From a phage, in sequence record NC_101835.1: 64,000 bases of DNA. One strand, 5' to 3'. This document shows, one piece after another, positions 47,188-55,649 of this stretch. Position 1 is the first letter of the stretch. Each line of letters opens with the position of its first letter. The position numbers were made by a program, and so were the translations under genes. The notes beneath the pieces are model-generated. The model saw only the letters and a program-made list of their open reading frames with translations, was not told where the DNA came from and searched no databases.

Positions 47188-47901
47188 ATGCTAAATACTA
47201 AACTGATCGACAACCTGGAAAAACTGTCTCAGCCTGAAAACTACCTTTGGTCTGCCAACTGGGTGGAAAACTGGAACCGTGTGGCAGCTAAAGTGAAAAA
47301 ATCATACACACCATTCGAATTACAGCTTAGCTTCATTGAGGAAGAGTTCAATGAGGTTTTGGAAGAGCTGGAGAAAGGTGATGGTGGAGATCACCTGCTA
47401 AAAGAGGCCTGCGATCTTCACGTTGTCACAAGTTATGCAGCTTATCTCGTTAATGACAATCACGAAAAGTGGTCAAACCTGTTTGATAATCCACGAGGTC
47501 TTAAGTTCAAGATCGGTGAGTTCTATGATACACTGATCGCTGCGAAAAACACATCCAAGCAAAGAGCGTCAGCTTACCGCTTAGCGGAGTTGTCAACAGC
47601 TTTGCTGTTCCAGCTTCGCGGCGATGTGTGCGGGATGATGCGTAAGGTTCTCAAATCTAATGACAGCAAGTTTGCACGGGTAAACCATCTACGGTATTCA
47701 CACGGTGCCAGTGCAGATATGCCTGCTGAACAACTCATAGAGTTGGAGATTAAAGATCTTGAGCGACGCTTTGATGGTCGCTACGAAGGTTTTGTTGCTA
47801 AGGAAGAGTTCTACAACGGTAATAAAGTTATCATATTCCTTGACAGTAAAGGTAAGATCATGAAGCCTTCGAGCTTCAAGGATGTAACAGAGTATATTTG
47901 A
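47188..47901 (+). CDS. hypothetical protein, weak MazG-like nucleotide pyrophosphohydrolase resemblance
   Basis: 237 aa; SFIEEEFNEVLEELEKGDGGDHLLKEACDLHVV resembles EExxE/ExxD helices of all-alpha NTP pyrophosphatases; weak. Confidence 0.3.
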   Translation: MLNTKLIDNLEKLSQPENYLWSANWVENWNRVAAKVKKSYTPFELQLSFIEEEFNEVLEELEKGDGGDHLLKEACDLHVVTSYAAYLVNDNHEKWSNLFDNPRGLKFKIGEFYDTLIAAKNTSKQRASAYRLAELSTALLFQLRGDVCGMMRKVLKSNDSKFARVNHLRYSHGASADMPAEQLIELEIKDLERRFDGRYEGFVAKEEFYNGNKVIIFLDSKGKIMKPSSFKDVTEYI

Positions 47902-47907
47902 CAACAT

Positions 47908-47934
47908 AGCCGGGTAATCCCGGCTTTACTTATT
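47908..47934 (+). terminator. rho-independent terminator
   Basis: AGCCGGG-TAAT-CCCGGCT hairpin followed by TTTACTTATT, immediately after the stop at 47901. Confidence 0.55.
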
Positions 47935-47963
47935 ATGGAAAGTATGCAGCGAGGTAGTTAGTT

Positions 47964-48272
47964 ATGTACAAGCATTCCAGAAATCTTGAAAAAGATGCTG
48001 TGTTTGGCGACCAGATGAAGGAGCTGATCAAACTTATAGGTAGAATGGAAGATAAGTTTGACACTAAAATCTACATCGATAGCAAGATCTTCAACCACAA
48101 AATATGGACAAATGTGTGTGTTGGGCTACATGGTGATAAAGATATTGTAAATTTGGTTGTAATAAAGTTCATAGTGTGGCAGAATAAGACTATACGTTAT
48201 TCCGATCCACACTTACTTGTTTATCCTATAAAAGACCTACTACAGAAGGAGGACTGCAATGCCGTTATTTAA
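47964..48272 (+). CDS. hypothetical protein
   Basis: 102 aa; ATG with GAGGTAG RBS. Confidence 0.35.
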   Translation: MYKHSRNLEKDAVFGDQMKELIKLIGRMEDKFDTKIYIDSKIFNHKIWTNVCVGLHGDKDIVNLVVIKFIVWQNKTIRYSDPHLLVYPIKDLLQKEDCNAVI

Positions 48273-48528
48273 TCTTGCTAAACCTGTAGAAGCCCACCAG
48301 TTTGACGGAAGCTCTTCATCAGTATCTGATCTGCAACGGTGGATTGATACAGGTGTGTTTACATCGTCACCTGTTCGGACCAGAGATCTTCGTCGCATGT
48401 GTGAGCTTGTCGAGCCTTTTGGTAACCTTGTCCTGTACCAGGGAGATTGGCTAGTTGACTTTATGGGAGACTGGTTGGTAATGAGTAAAGAAGAGATGTT
48501 TAAAATTTTTAAGGAAGAGGCCGAGTAA
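48259..48528 (+). CDS. hypothetical protein
   Basis: 89 aa; ATG with AGGAGG RBS. Confidence 0.35.
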   Translation: MPLFNLAKPVEAHQFDGSSSSVSDLQRWIDTGVFTSSPVRTRDLRRMCELVEPFGNLVLYQGDWLVDFMGDWLVMSKEEMFKIFKEEAE

Positions 48529-49811
48529 TGCATCAAATCAAAACAACACTGTACGCACTGAACAAAGATGGCAGCTACCAACAGTGGAAAGTATTCACTG
48601 ATGGCGAAAAGGTTATCGTAGAGTTTGGCAAGCTTGACGGTAAATTGCAGTACAAAGAGACGGTATGCACACCTAAGAACGTAGGTCGTGCCAATGAGAC
48701 TACAGCTGAGCAACAGGCCGAGCTTGAGGCTATTAGCAAGTGGGAAAAACAAGTCCGTCTGGGGTATGTTGAAAACATGGAAGATTGCGAGCAGGGTGTT
48801 GATCTTTTACCCATGCTGGTGCATGACTACCTGAAGCGTGGCAAGGCACTTAAACTACCTTGCTGGATCTTGCGTAAGTTAGATGGCCTTCGTCTGCTTG
48901 TTGTTTTCCAAAATGGTGAGCCTAAATTTATTTCCCGTGGTAATAAGTCCTACCCTATTCAAGGAAAGCTTTTAGAGCAACTTCGTTCTTTCCATTCTAC
49001 CACTGGGATTAAACAACTTGATGGGGAACTATACATTCATGGTCTTCCTTTGCAGAAAATAGTGTCTCTTGCTAAACGGTGGCGCACACAGGAAGAGATT
49101 CAGGCCGAGATCGATAAAGACTATGAGGCAGATAAAAAACGCCGTCATGCAGCAATTAAGGCAGGCTTATCAACATACAAAAACTTCAACAAGGTAGATA
49201 TTCCTGTCGATGTTGAGCCTGTTCGTGATGATTTGCGTTACGGTGGGTACTGTAGCTACGATCTGGAGTATCACATTTTTGATATTCCTAGCGACAAGGT
49301 GTGGTGGGATCCAGAAACAGAGTCTGGACGCTGCAAGGATCTTATGGATGCAGAGGATACCGTTACCACTCTGATGCTTGACCATATCAAGGTTGTTGAC
49401 GCAGAGCTTGCGTACACAGTTGATCATTGCGAAGAATCTGTTGGTATATTCATGTCCGAAGGATATGAAGGTACTATCATGCGTAATTTCTGCGGTAAAT
49501 ACGAGTACGGTCAGCGAACATCTGAAGCATTGAAATGGAAAAAGTTCAACGACGCAGAGGTGAAAGTTATTGACGTTGAGAAAGATAAGAATGATGAAGG
49601 TGTTCTTATCTGTGTTGACAAGGAAGGTGTTATTGTTAAAATGAAGATGAAAGGCACGCACGAGGAGCGTAGCTATGACAGGATGCAGGAAATGATCGGC
49701 AAGTTTGTCACCTTCAAATATCAATCAAGGACAGAAGACAACAACTACCAATTCCCTGTCGGTATCTGCGTCCGAAATGTTGACCCAGACACTTGGGAGG
49801 TTCTGGAATGA
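48528..49811 (+). CDS. ATP-dependent DNA ligase
   Basis: 427 aa; adenylation motif I ILRKLDGLR (KxDG), downstream OB-fold-like region; TAATG coupling. Confidence 0.7.
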   Translation: MHQIKTTLYALNKDGSYQQWKVFTDGEKVIVEFGKLDGKLQYKETVCTPKNVGRANETTAEQQAELEAISKWEKQVRLGYVENMEDCEQGVDLLPMLVHDYLKRGKALKLPCWILRKLDGLRLLVVFQNGEPKFISRGNKSYPIQGKLLEQLRSFHSTTGIKQLDGELYIHGLPLQKIVSLAKRWRTQEEIQAEIDKDYEADKKRRHAAIKAGLSTYKNFNKVDIPVDVEPVRDDLRYGGYCSYDLEYHIFDIPSDKVWWDPETESGRCKDLMDAEDTVTTLMLDHIKVVDAELAYTVDHCEESVGIFMSEGYEGTIMRNFCGKYEYGQRTSEALKWKKFNDAEVKVIDVEKDKNDEGVLICVDKEGVIVKMKMKGTHEERSYDRMQEMIGKFVTFKYQSRTEDNNYQFPVGICVRNVDPDTWEVLE

Positions 49812-49935
49812 TGTAGGAAGGTTTAGTAGGTAACGGTAGCCAATCGAATGATGGTTTTTCAATTGGCACCTACATAACCACACTGTGTAGTGTTGTTGAT
49901 CTGGTTAGTTATGAGTAAACTGGAGAGTATGAAAA

Positions 49936-50406
49936 ATGAAACTTGATAAAAATGTTCAACGAAAAGCTTTCTTGGATATGATCGCATATTCAGAAGGCAC
50001 AGATAATGGTAGACAACCCACCAAGGATCGGGGCTATGATGTCATAGTTGGTGGCAAGCTGTTTAGCGATTACAGCAAGCATCCAGGTGTGTACGTTAAG
50101 CTAAATGCTAAACTTACCTCCTCCGCTGCTGGGCGTTACCAGGTTTTGGAGAAGTTTGCTAAACACTACATGGAACAGTTAGGATTGCCAGATTTTGGCC
50201 CTGCCAGTCAGGACAAGATTGCGTTGCAACTGATCCGTGAGTGCAAGGCTCTCGCCGACATTGACGAAGGGCGTATCCACGAGGCTATCCATAAATGCCG
50301 TTCCCGCTGGGCTTCGTTACCTGGTGCTGGATATGGTCAGCATGAACAGAAGATTGAGAAGTTGATCGAGGTGTTTAAAAAGGCAGGCGGTGTTGTCCTT
50401 GATTGA
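49936..50406 (+). CDS. endolysin, lambda R-like lytic transglycosylase
   Basis: 156 aa; QRKAFLDMIAYSEGTDNGRQ...GYDVIVGG...AGRYQ...WASLPGAGYGQHE collinear with lambda R across the protein, including the catalytic SEGTD glutamate. Confidence 0.85.
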   Translation: MKLDKNVQRKAFLDMIAYSEGTDNGRQPTKDRGYDVIVGGKLFSDYSKHPGVYVKLNAKLTSSAAGRYQVLEKFAKHYMEQLGLPDFGPASQDKIALQLIRECKALADIDEGRIHEAIHKCRSRWASLPGAGYGQHEQKIEKLIEVFKKAGGVVLD

Positions 50407-50469
50407 TCATTGACATAACCACACGGACGTGGTATTGTTGCCTCATAAAATGTTTAGGAGGGTTTAACC

Positions 50470-50676
50470 ATGAAAGATTTTCTGTTAGCAATTTTGTTCA
50501 TGGCAGCATGTCTGGCCTGTGGTGTCGTGTTTGCAGGTGAAACAGCGTATCTTGTCGATGTATATCGGGACAATGGTAAACGTATTTGCCTTTATGAGAC
50601 AAGCCAAGGTGAGCTCTACGAGCTTGTGAAACAAGGCGAGGCTGGATCTTGTCCTCGCACCCATTTCTTTGAATGA
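50470..50676 (+). CDS. small secreted/membrane protein
   Basis: 68 aa; N-terminal hydrophobic signal-like segment LLAILFMAACLACGVVFAG; follows the endolysin; good RBS. Confidence 0.35.
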   Translation: MKDFLLAILFMAACLACGVVFAGETAYLVDVYRDNGKRICLYETSQGELYELVKQGEAGSCPRTHFFE

Positions 50677-50685
50677 GGAGAATAC

Positions 50686-51150
50686 GTGGAAGACGGACGT
50701 TTAATGAAGTCTGAACGCAGGCTTATTGTGCAACTGATCCCAGAAACAGCTTGGTATAATAACCTCCGAAACGCTGTGAAGAAGAGTGAGTGGGATAAGA
50801 TCCGTAAGAAGTGCTACAGAGAAGCCAACTACACTTGTGAGGTGTGCGGAGGTAAAGGCAGCAAACATCCAGTGGAGTGTCATGAACTTTACACTTTCGA
50901 AGAGGGAGTGATCCGGCTTGTCGGACTGATAGCGTTGTGCCCAGATTGTCACACATCTGTGCATCCTGGGTTAGCAAATATCCGTGGAAAGTATGCTCAG
51001 GCAGTTAATCAGTTGGCTAAGGTGAATAAGATCACCAAGGGTATGGCAGAGGCCTATTACCGAGACTGCTTTGCAGAGTGGCGTGAGCTTAGTAAAGTTC
51101 CAGAATGGAAGACTGACTTTTCGTGGATAGAGGGTTACCTTGATGGCTAA
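50686..51150 (+). CDS. zinc-finger protein with HNH-like nuclease motif
   Basis: 154 aa; CEVCG...HPVECHE...LCPDCHTSVH pattern; GTG start with GAGGAG RBS; catalytic-site spelling atypical (H-E instead of H-H). Confidence 0.4.
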   Translation: MEDGRLMKSERRLIVQLIPETAWYNNLRNAVKKSEWDKIRKKCYREANYTCEVCGGKGSKHPVECHELYTFEEGVIRLVGLIALCPDCHTSVHPGLANIRGKYAQAVNQLAKVNKITKGMAEAYYRDCFAEWRELSKVPEWKTDFSWIEGYLDG

Positions 51151-51433
51151 GAAACCTGCAAAAGAGAAATTTGATAAGACAGCTTTTGTATTCGATACAC
51201 CTCTGGACGATATCATCAGAGGTATGCAAGCCTTGTATCGGAAGTCTGAATCTGAGCAGTTGTCGGAATCAGAGCTTTACTGGTTGGGTTGGTGGGAGCT
51301 TAATCTACCTAAAGCTGAAAGCTCTGATCTAAAAACCGTTAAAACGTGTGCCCAAGAAAATGCTGCACTTGGAATTTACCACAAAAGAAAAAGATCAACA
51401 AAAAGCTCTCCAAGAAAGACTAAAAAGTCTTGA
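51143..51433 (+). CDS. hypothetical protein
   Basis: Track ORF trimmed to ATG (MAKKPAKEK...); basic C-terminus. Confidence 0.35.
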   Translation: MAKKPAKEKFDKTAFVFDTPLDDIIRGMQALYRKSESEQLSESELYWLGWWELNLPKAESSDLKTVKTCAQENAALGIYHKRKRSTKSSPRKTKKS

Positions 51434-51459
51434 CAAATGAGTCTCTGATCTGATATTAT
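51430..51459 (+). promoter_or_regulatory. sigma70-like promoter with extended -10
   Basis: TTGACA - 18 nt - TGaTATTAT, about 35 nt upstream of ATG 51493. Confidence 0.5.
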
Positions 51460-51492
51460 CAGTTAACTATTTATTAACTAGGAGAACTAGGT

Positions 51493-51801
51493 ATGCTTAA
51501 AATTTTTATTGTTGAAGATAAAGATATCGTCCAGTTGTATGCACATGAGAATCACAAAGGTATGATTCTGAAGAAGGCAAGCAACCTTCATGAAAACACA
51601 ATTCAACCTGGCGATGTAATTAAGATCTGTGGCTATCTGATACCAGACTCCTTGATGAAAATAACCCACCACTGGGGGTCTAATCCGTTCCTTTTTGAAA
51701 AGTATTGGGATGTTGAGTCACTTATTGCAGAAAGTGATGATGCATTTCATTACAGCATCCAACCATCTTGCAGAGTAACTAACAGGAGGGGCTTTGAGTA
51801 G
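51493..51801 (+). CDS. hypothetical protein
   Basis: 102 aa; AGGAGAA RBS; first gene after the promoter. Confidence 0.4.
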   Translation: MLKIFIVEDKDIVQLYAHENHKGMILKKASNLHENTIQPGDVIKICGYLIPDSLMKITHHWGSNPFLFEKYWDVESLIAESDDAFHYSIQPSCRVTNRRGFE

Positions 51802-52933
51802 AGAATATCCACTTATTGAATCTGTAGATTGTCTTGCTGATCTTCTCGAACCTGACGCTATAGTTTATTATGACTTCGACCAGGTTGCATATCAAGCTGC
51901 GGCAAGTTGTGAAAAAAGGACAATTGAGGTAACACACAAAGCCTCCGGACGCAAGAAGATGTTTAAAACACGAACAGAGTTCTGGGGGCGGCAGAAGAAC
52001 ACCGTTGGTGGTTGGTTAAAAGCTGAGAATACCAACCGTGAAGCCGCATGTAAAAAGGCTGGAAAGGAGTTTATTCCGTGGACACGCGAAGATTTCGATG
52101 TCTTGGATATCCAAACCCCTGATCCTGTAGAGAACTGCTTACACACAATTAAGTGTAAAGCTAATGCAGTTCTTAACTATCTAGGTATTCCGGAAGAGCG
52201 ATGTGTCGGGGTGTTGGGAGGCACAGGTAACTTCAGACTAGATCTTCCAATGCCGGAAAGATACAAAGCCAACCGTAACAATACTCTTCGACCACTGCTG
52301 CTTGGAGATGCAAGACAGTATCTACAAAAGCAGTATAATGCTCAAGTGATCAACGGTATCGAGGCTGACGACTGGTTAGCTATCCAGCAATTTGAAGGTT
52401 GGAACCACTACCAAAAAACAGGTAAGTTCAACAAGTTTATTATCTCTATTGATAAGGACCAAAGAACACTACCGGGGCTTGTGTTCGATCCCATGCGAAA
52501 CGATAAGGGAGATTTTGTAAGGGAAACCCCTATGCTGATCGATAACGGTATGGGGAACATCTTCATGAAGCCTAATGGAGAGGTTGGTGGTTACGGAATG
52601 CTGTTCTTCGGATACCAAATGCTGTGTGGTGACTCTGCTGACAATATCAAGCCGTATCAAGGACTTATCGGTAAGGGTAAGTTCGGGGATGCCTCAGCAT
52701 TCTACCTACTGTCTCAGTGCAGCACTCCAAAGGAGATGTGGGTGGCTATTATTGATCAGTACAAGAAGTGGTTCCCGAAAGGTGTTGTTAAGTATACTGA
52801 CTTCAATGGTGTTGATCGTAGAATTTCCGTAGGTCAATGGATGAGTATAATTTTTGACTGTTTGTATATGAAGCGAACATTCAATGATCAAACAAAACTT
52901 GTTAACGTTCTTAGAAATGTTGGAGCAATTTGA
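51794..52933 (+). CDS. 5'-3' exonuclease (T7 gp6-like, FEN/PIN fold)
   Basis: 379 aa; ERYKANRNN, GIEADDWLA, ISIDKDQRTLPG and LCGDSADNIKPYQGLIG parallel T7 gp6 (YKANR, EGDDVMG, ISCDKDFKTIP, IKGDITDGYSGIAG; from memory). TTG start per track. Confidence 0.7.
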   Translation: MSREYPLIESVDCLADLLEPDAIVYYDFDQVAYQAAASCEKRTIEVTHKASGRKKMFKTRTEFWGRQKNTVGGWLKAENTNREAACKKAGKEFIPWTREDFDVLDIQTPDPVENCLHTIKCKANAVLNYLGIPEERCVGVLGGTGNFRLDLPMPERYKANRNNTLRPLLLGDARQYLQKQYNAQVINGIEADDWLAIQQFEGWNHYQKTGKFNKFIISIDKDQRTLPGLVFDPMRNDKGDFVRETPMLIDNGMGNIFMKPNGEVGGYGMLFFGYQMLCGDSADNIKPYQGLIGKGKFGDASAFYLLSQCSTPKEMWVAIIDQYKKWFPKGVVKYTDFNGVDRRISVGQWMSIIFDCLYMKRTFNDQTKLVNVLRNVGAI

Positions 52934-53265
52934 TGACTAAAAATTCTGTAGATAATGCAATTATGGAAGCTGTTTTTGAGGATGATCATACAACAGGGAC
53001 CATTAAAACAAAAAATACATTTATTGTTGCCACAGGTATGTGGCGGTTGTACGAAGATGACACCATTTCATACATCCTGTACACGGATGATTACGCAGAT
53101 GACCGTGTATGGTCTGCTGTTTTAAAAGAGGATTGTGAGCTGATTGAGGGCGAGCGGTTATGCATGTTCACCAGTGTGGAAACAGATGTTAAGCTTTGCT
53201 CTCTCGTCCTGTTCAAAGATAAGGCTTATGCTCCTGATGAAGGAGAGGAGGATGAGGAAGCATGA
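52933..53265 (+). CDS. hypothetical acidic protein
   Basis: Track ORF trimmed to ATG overlapping the exonuclease stop (TGATG). Confidence 0.35.
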   Translation: MTKNSVDNAIMEAVFEDDHTTGTIKTKNTFIVATGMWRLYEDDTISYILYTDDYADDRVWSAVLKEDCELIEGERLCMFTSVETDVKLCSLVLFKDKAYAPDEGEEDEEA

Positions 53266-53891
53266 GAGAGCGTCTATTATCCATAGACCAGTCGTTGACA
53301 CACACAGCTTGCGTTGTATGGGACGATGGAAAGCCTGTTCACAAGGTTGTGTTACGAACTCAAAGCTCATCTGCAAAAGAGAAGAAACCAGGGACGGTTT
53401 CTTTTGCAACAGCTGCTGAGCGTATTGACTGGATCTGCAAACAGGTCAGATATTATATCCACACGCACCACGTTGACACCGTGGTTATGGAAGGGCTTTC
53501 CTTTGGATCACGCGGGGATGCCACACGTGAACTGGCTGGGTTGTTTTACGGTCTCGAAGTTATGCTTTGGGATGCTTTAGCTGATTGTGAAAATGACGGC
53601 CTGTTTAAGGTTCACACAGTGACACCAACAACTGCCAAAAAGTTTGCTCGTAGTCATCTTCCTGAGGAACTTGCTTTTGAGGAGAAGAAAAAGCTTGACA
53701 AAAGGACAGGTAAAGAGCATACTGTGAAGAAACCTGTTACGATGGATAAAAAGTTGATGGTTAAGGCCTGCGAAGTATCTGAACCTGGGTTCCTAGATGG
53801 GATCAATTTGGTACAAGGTAAGGCCGATCTTGCAGATGCTTATTGGATAGGCAGGGCGCATCTGGAGGGATTATCGCAAAGCGTAAAATAA
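53262..53891 (+). CDS. RuvC-like Holliday junction resolvase
   Basis: 209 aa; N-terminal LSIDQSLTHTACVVW (RuvC-like catalytic Asp), VMEG, and C-terminal DLADAYWIGRAHL resembling the RuvC D-A-x-D-A motif. Confidence 0.5.
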   Translation: MRERLLSIDQSLTHTACVVWDDGKPVHKVVLRTQSSSAKEKKPGTVSFATAAERIDWICKQVRYYIHTHHVDTVVMEGLSFGSRGDATRELAGLFYGLEVMLWDALADCENDGLFKVHTVTPTTAKKFARSHLPEELAFEEKKKLDKRTGKEHTVKKPVTMDKKLMVKACEVSEPGFLDGINLVQGKADLADAYWIGRAHLEGLSQSVK

Positions 53892-54448
53892 GAAAGAAAG
53901 CTGTCAAAGCTCCCGTTCATAACGGGTGGTTAAAAGATTCTAAGGACATAGCCAACTTTCGAAAAGAATTGTCAGAGGAGCAGGATGGTCTTGATCCAAT
54001 CTTGTGCGAGCCACTTCGTAAGCCTTGTTTAGATCATGATCATCTGACTGGTCGTTGCAGGGGTGTTTTGTCTCAATGCACTAATACCTTTGAGGGGTAT
54101 GTGCTTAAATACTGGATGAAATACTGTAACGAGTATACAGATTGCAGTTTATCAGAGGCGTTGCGCCGGATGGCTGACTATTTGGAGAAAGACTACAGCG
54201 ACTTCCCGCTCCACAAAAACTACAGAGATGATATGACAAAGTTCTTGAGGAGATGCTCTAAAGCTACGATCATTGCACGAGCAGAATCAGATCTCAATCT
54301 TGTCATTAATCCGGAGTGCACCAAGCATGAGGCTATTGAGTTCTACATGCAGGAGTTTATAAAGAAAACTGAGGAGAGAGATTTCTATGGGGATGAAAAA
54401 GGTATTCAATCCTTGCGACTCAGTCCTGATCAGGATGAAATACCGTAA
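53843..54448 (+). CDS. endonuclease VII-like protein (His-Cys box)
   Basis: 201 aa; CEPLRKPCLDHDHLTGRCRGVLSQCTN matches the T4 endo VII N-terminal signature; TTG start per track, overlaps upstream gene by 49 nt. Confidence 0.55.
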   Translation: MDRQGASGGIIAKRKIRKKAVKAPVHNGWLKDSKDIANFRKELSEEQDGLDPILCEPLRKPCLDHDHLTGRCRGVLSQCTNTFEGYVLKYWMKYCNEYTDCSLSEALRRMADYLEKDYSDFPLHKNYRDDMTKFLRRCSKATIIARAESDLNLVINPECTKHEAIEFYMQEFIKKTEERDFYGDEKGIQSLRLSPDQDEIP

Positions 54449-54608
54449 CTGGAAAGGTGTTGTTGCAGATCGCTGCGTTACTGAGCCTAATTTATGGTTT
54501 GGCTCTACAGAGTATCATAAAGAAGAGCAGTGGTTGATGCGTGCCTTCGATGTAGACAAGGGCGAATATCGTGACTTCGCTTTAAAAGACATTCTTCAGT
54601 TTTACTAA
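54387..54608 (+). CDS. hypothetical protein
   Basis: 73 aa; ATG with GAGGAGAGAG RBS; overlaps the preceding gene in another frame. Confidence 0.25.
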   Translation: MGMKKVFNPCDSVLIRMKYRNWKGVVADRCVTEPNLWFGSTEYHKEEQWLMRAFDVDKGEYRDFALKDILQFY

Positions 54609-54620
54609 GGAATCTTAACG

Positions 54621-55604
54621 ATGATGACAAAGTTAACTCTTGAGCAAATTTTAACACTAAAGCAACAGGGATACACTAATAGACAAATTGCTCGTGAATT
54701 TTTAGGCCGTGAGTCACGTGAGAGCTGGATCCGACTACAGCTTAAACGTGCACAAGAGAATATGTCAGAGATTGTAGGAGAAGCAACGGAGCGCTTCCTT
54801 GAAGAGCACAAAGGCGCTAAAGTTTGGGTGTATGATACAGAGACATCCCCAACAAACGGCTGGTTCTTTGGGCACTATAAGACCAACATTCAAACCTGTG
54901 GTATTGAAGTTATGCCTTATATGCTAACTTTCGCAGGTAAGTGGTTAGACAGCCCTAGTGTGGTTGACTGCGCTCTTCCCGATTACAAAATGTGGGATGA
55001 GGATATTCACAATGATCTCGAATTGATTCAGGATTTGTGGTATTATCTGGATAAATGCGATGTCGCAGTAGTCCACAATTCAGGTTTTGACTGCGGGTGG
55101 GCCAACCAACGATTTGCATTTCACGGGTTGCCTCCAACAAGCCCCTACAAAGAGGTTGACACCCTTAAAATGATCAAGAAGGCATTCCGTTTGAATGCAA
55201 ACACTTTGGAGTATGCATGCAAATACTTCCAACTGGCCAGACAGAAACTGATTGATCACACATTTGAAATGTGGATCAAGTGTGTCCATGGCGATCTTGA
55301 GGCATTTAAACAGATGCGGGAGTATAATGTTGGTGATATCCTGTCTCTGGAAGGACTGTATTTGCTGGCTCGCCCGTTTGCTAAGCAGCACCCAAACATG
55401 TCATTGTACTACCAGGACGAGGAGCCAAAGGTTCGTTGCCCACGCTGTGGTGGAGAACACCTTCACGAGGAAGAAGCTTTGGCATATACTCAGCTGAGTG
55501 CATTTAAAACATACCGCTGCGAAGGTTGTGGATCTGTTGTTCGTGACCGTAACAACATCCGTACCAGAGAAGAAATGAAAAACACCCTGATTCAGATAAT
55601 CTAA
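54621..55604 (+). CDS. DEDD-family 3'-5' exonuclease with C-terminal zinc ribbon
   Basis: 327 aa; Exo I VWVYDTETS, Exo II VVHNSGFDCGW, Exo III EYNVGDI; C-terminal CPRCG...CEGCG; N-terminal TNRQIAREF helix-turn-helix-like segment. Confidence 0.65.
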   Translation: MMTKLTLEQILTLKQQGYTNRQIAREFLGRESRESWIRLQLKRAQENMSEIVGEATERFLEEHKGAKVWVYDTETSPTNGWFFGHYKTNIQTCGIEVMPYMLTFAGKWLDSPSVVDCALPDYKMWDEDIHNDLELIQDLWYYLDKCDVAVVHNSGFDCGWANQRFAFHGLPPTSPYKEVDTLKMIKKAFRLNANTLEYACKYFQLARQKLIDHTFEMWIKCVHGDLEAFKQMREYNVGDILSLEGLYLLARPFAKQHPNMSLYYQDEEPKVRCPRCGGEHLHEEEALAYTQLSAFKTYRCEGCGSVVRDRNNIRTREEMKNTLIQII

Positions 55605-55611
55605 CAATTAT

Positions 55612-55640
55612 AGGGAGGCTTGCGCCTCCCTTTTCCTTTT
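55612..55640 (+). terminator. rho-independent terminator
   Basis: GGGAGGC-TTGC-GCCTCCC followed by TTTTCCTTTT, directly after the stop at 55604. Confidence 0.5.
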
Positions 55641-55649
55641 GGAGGCACT

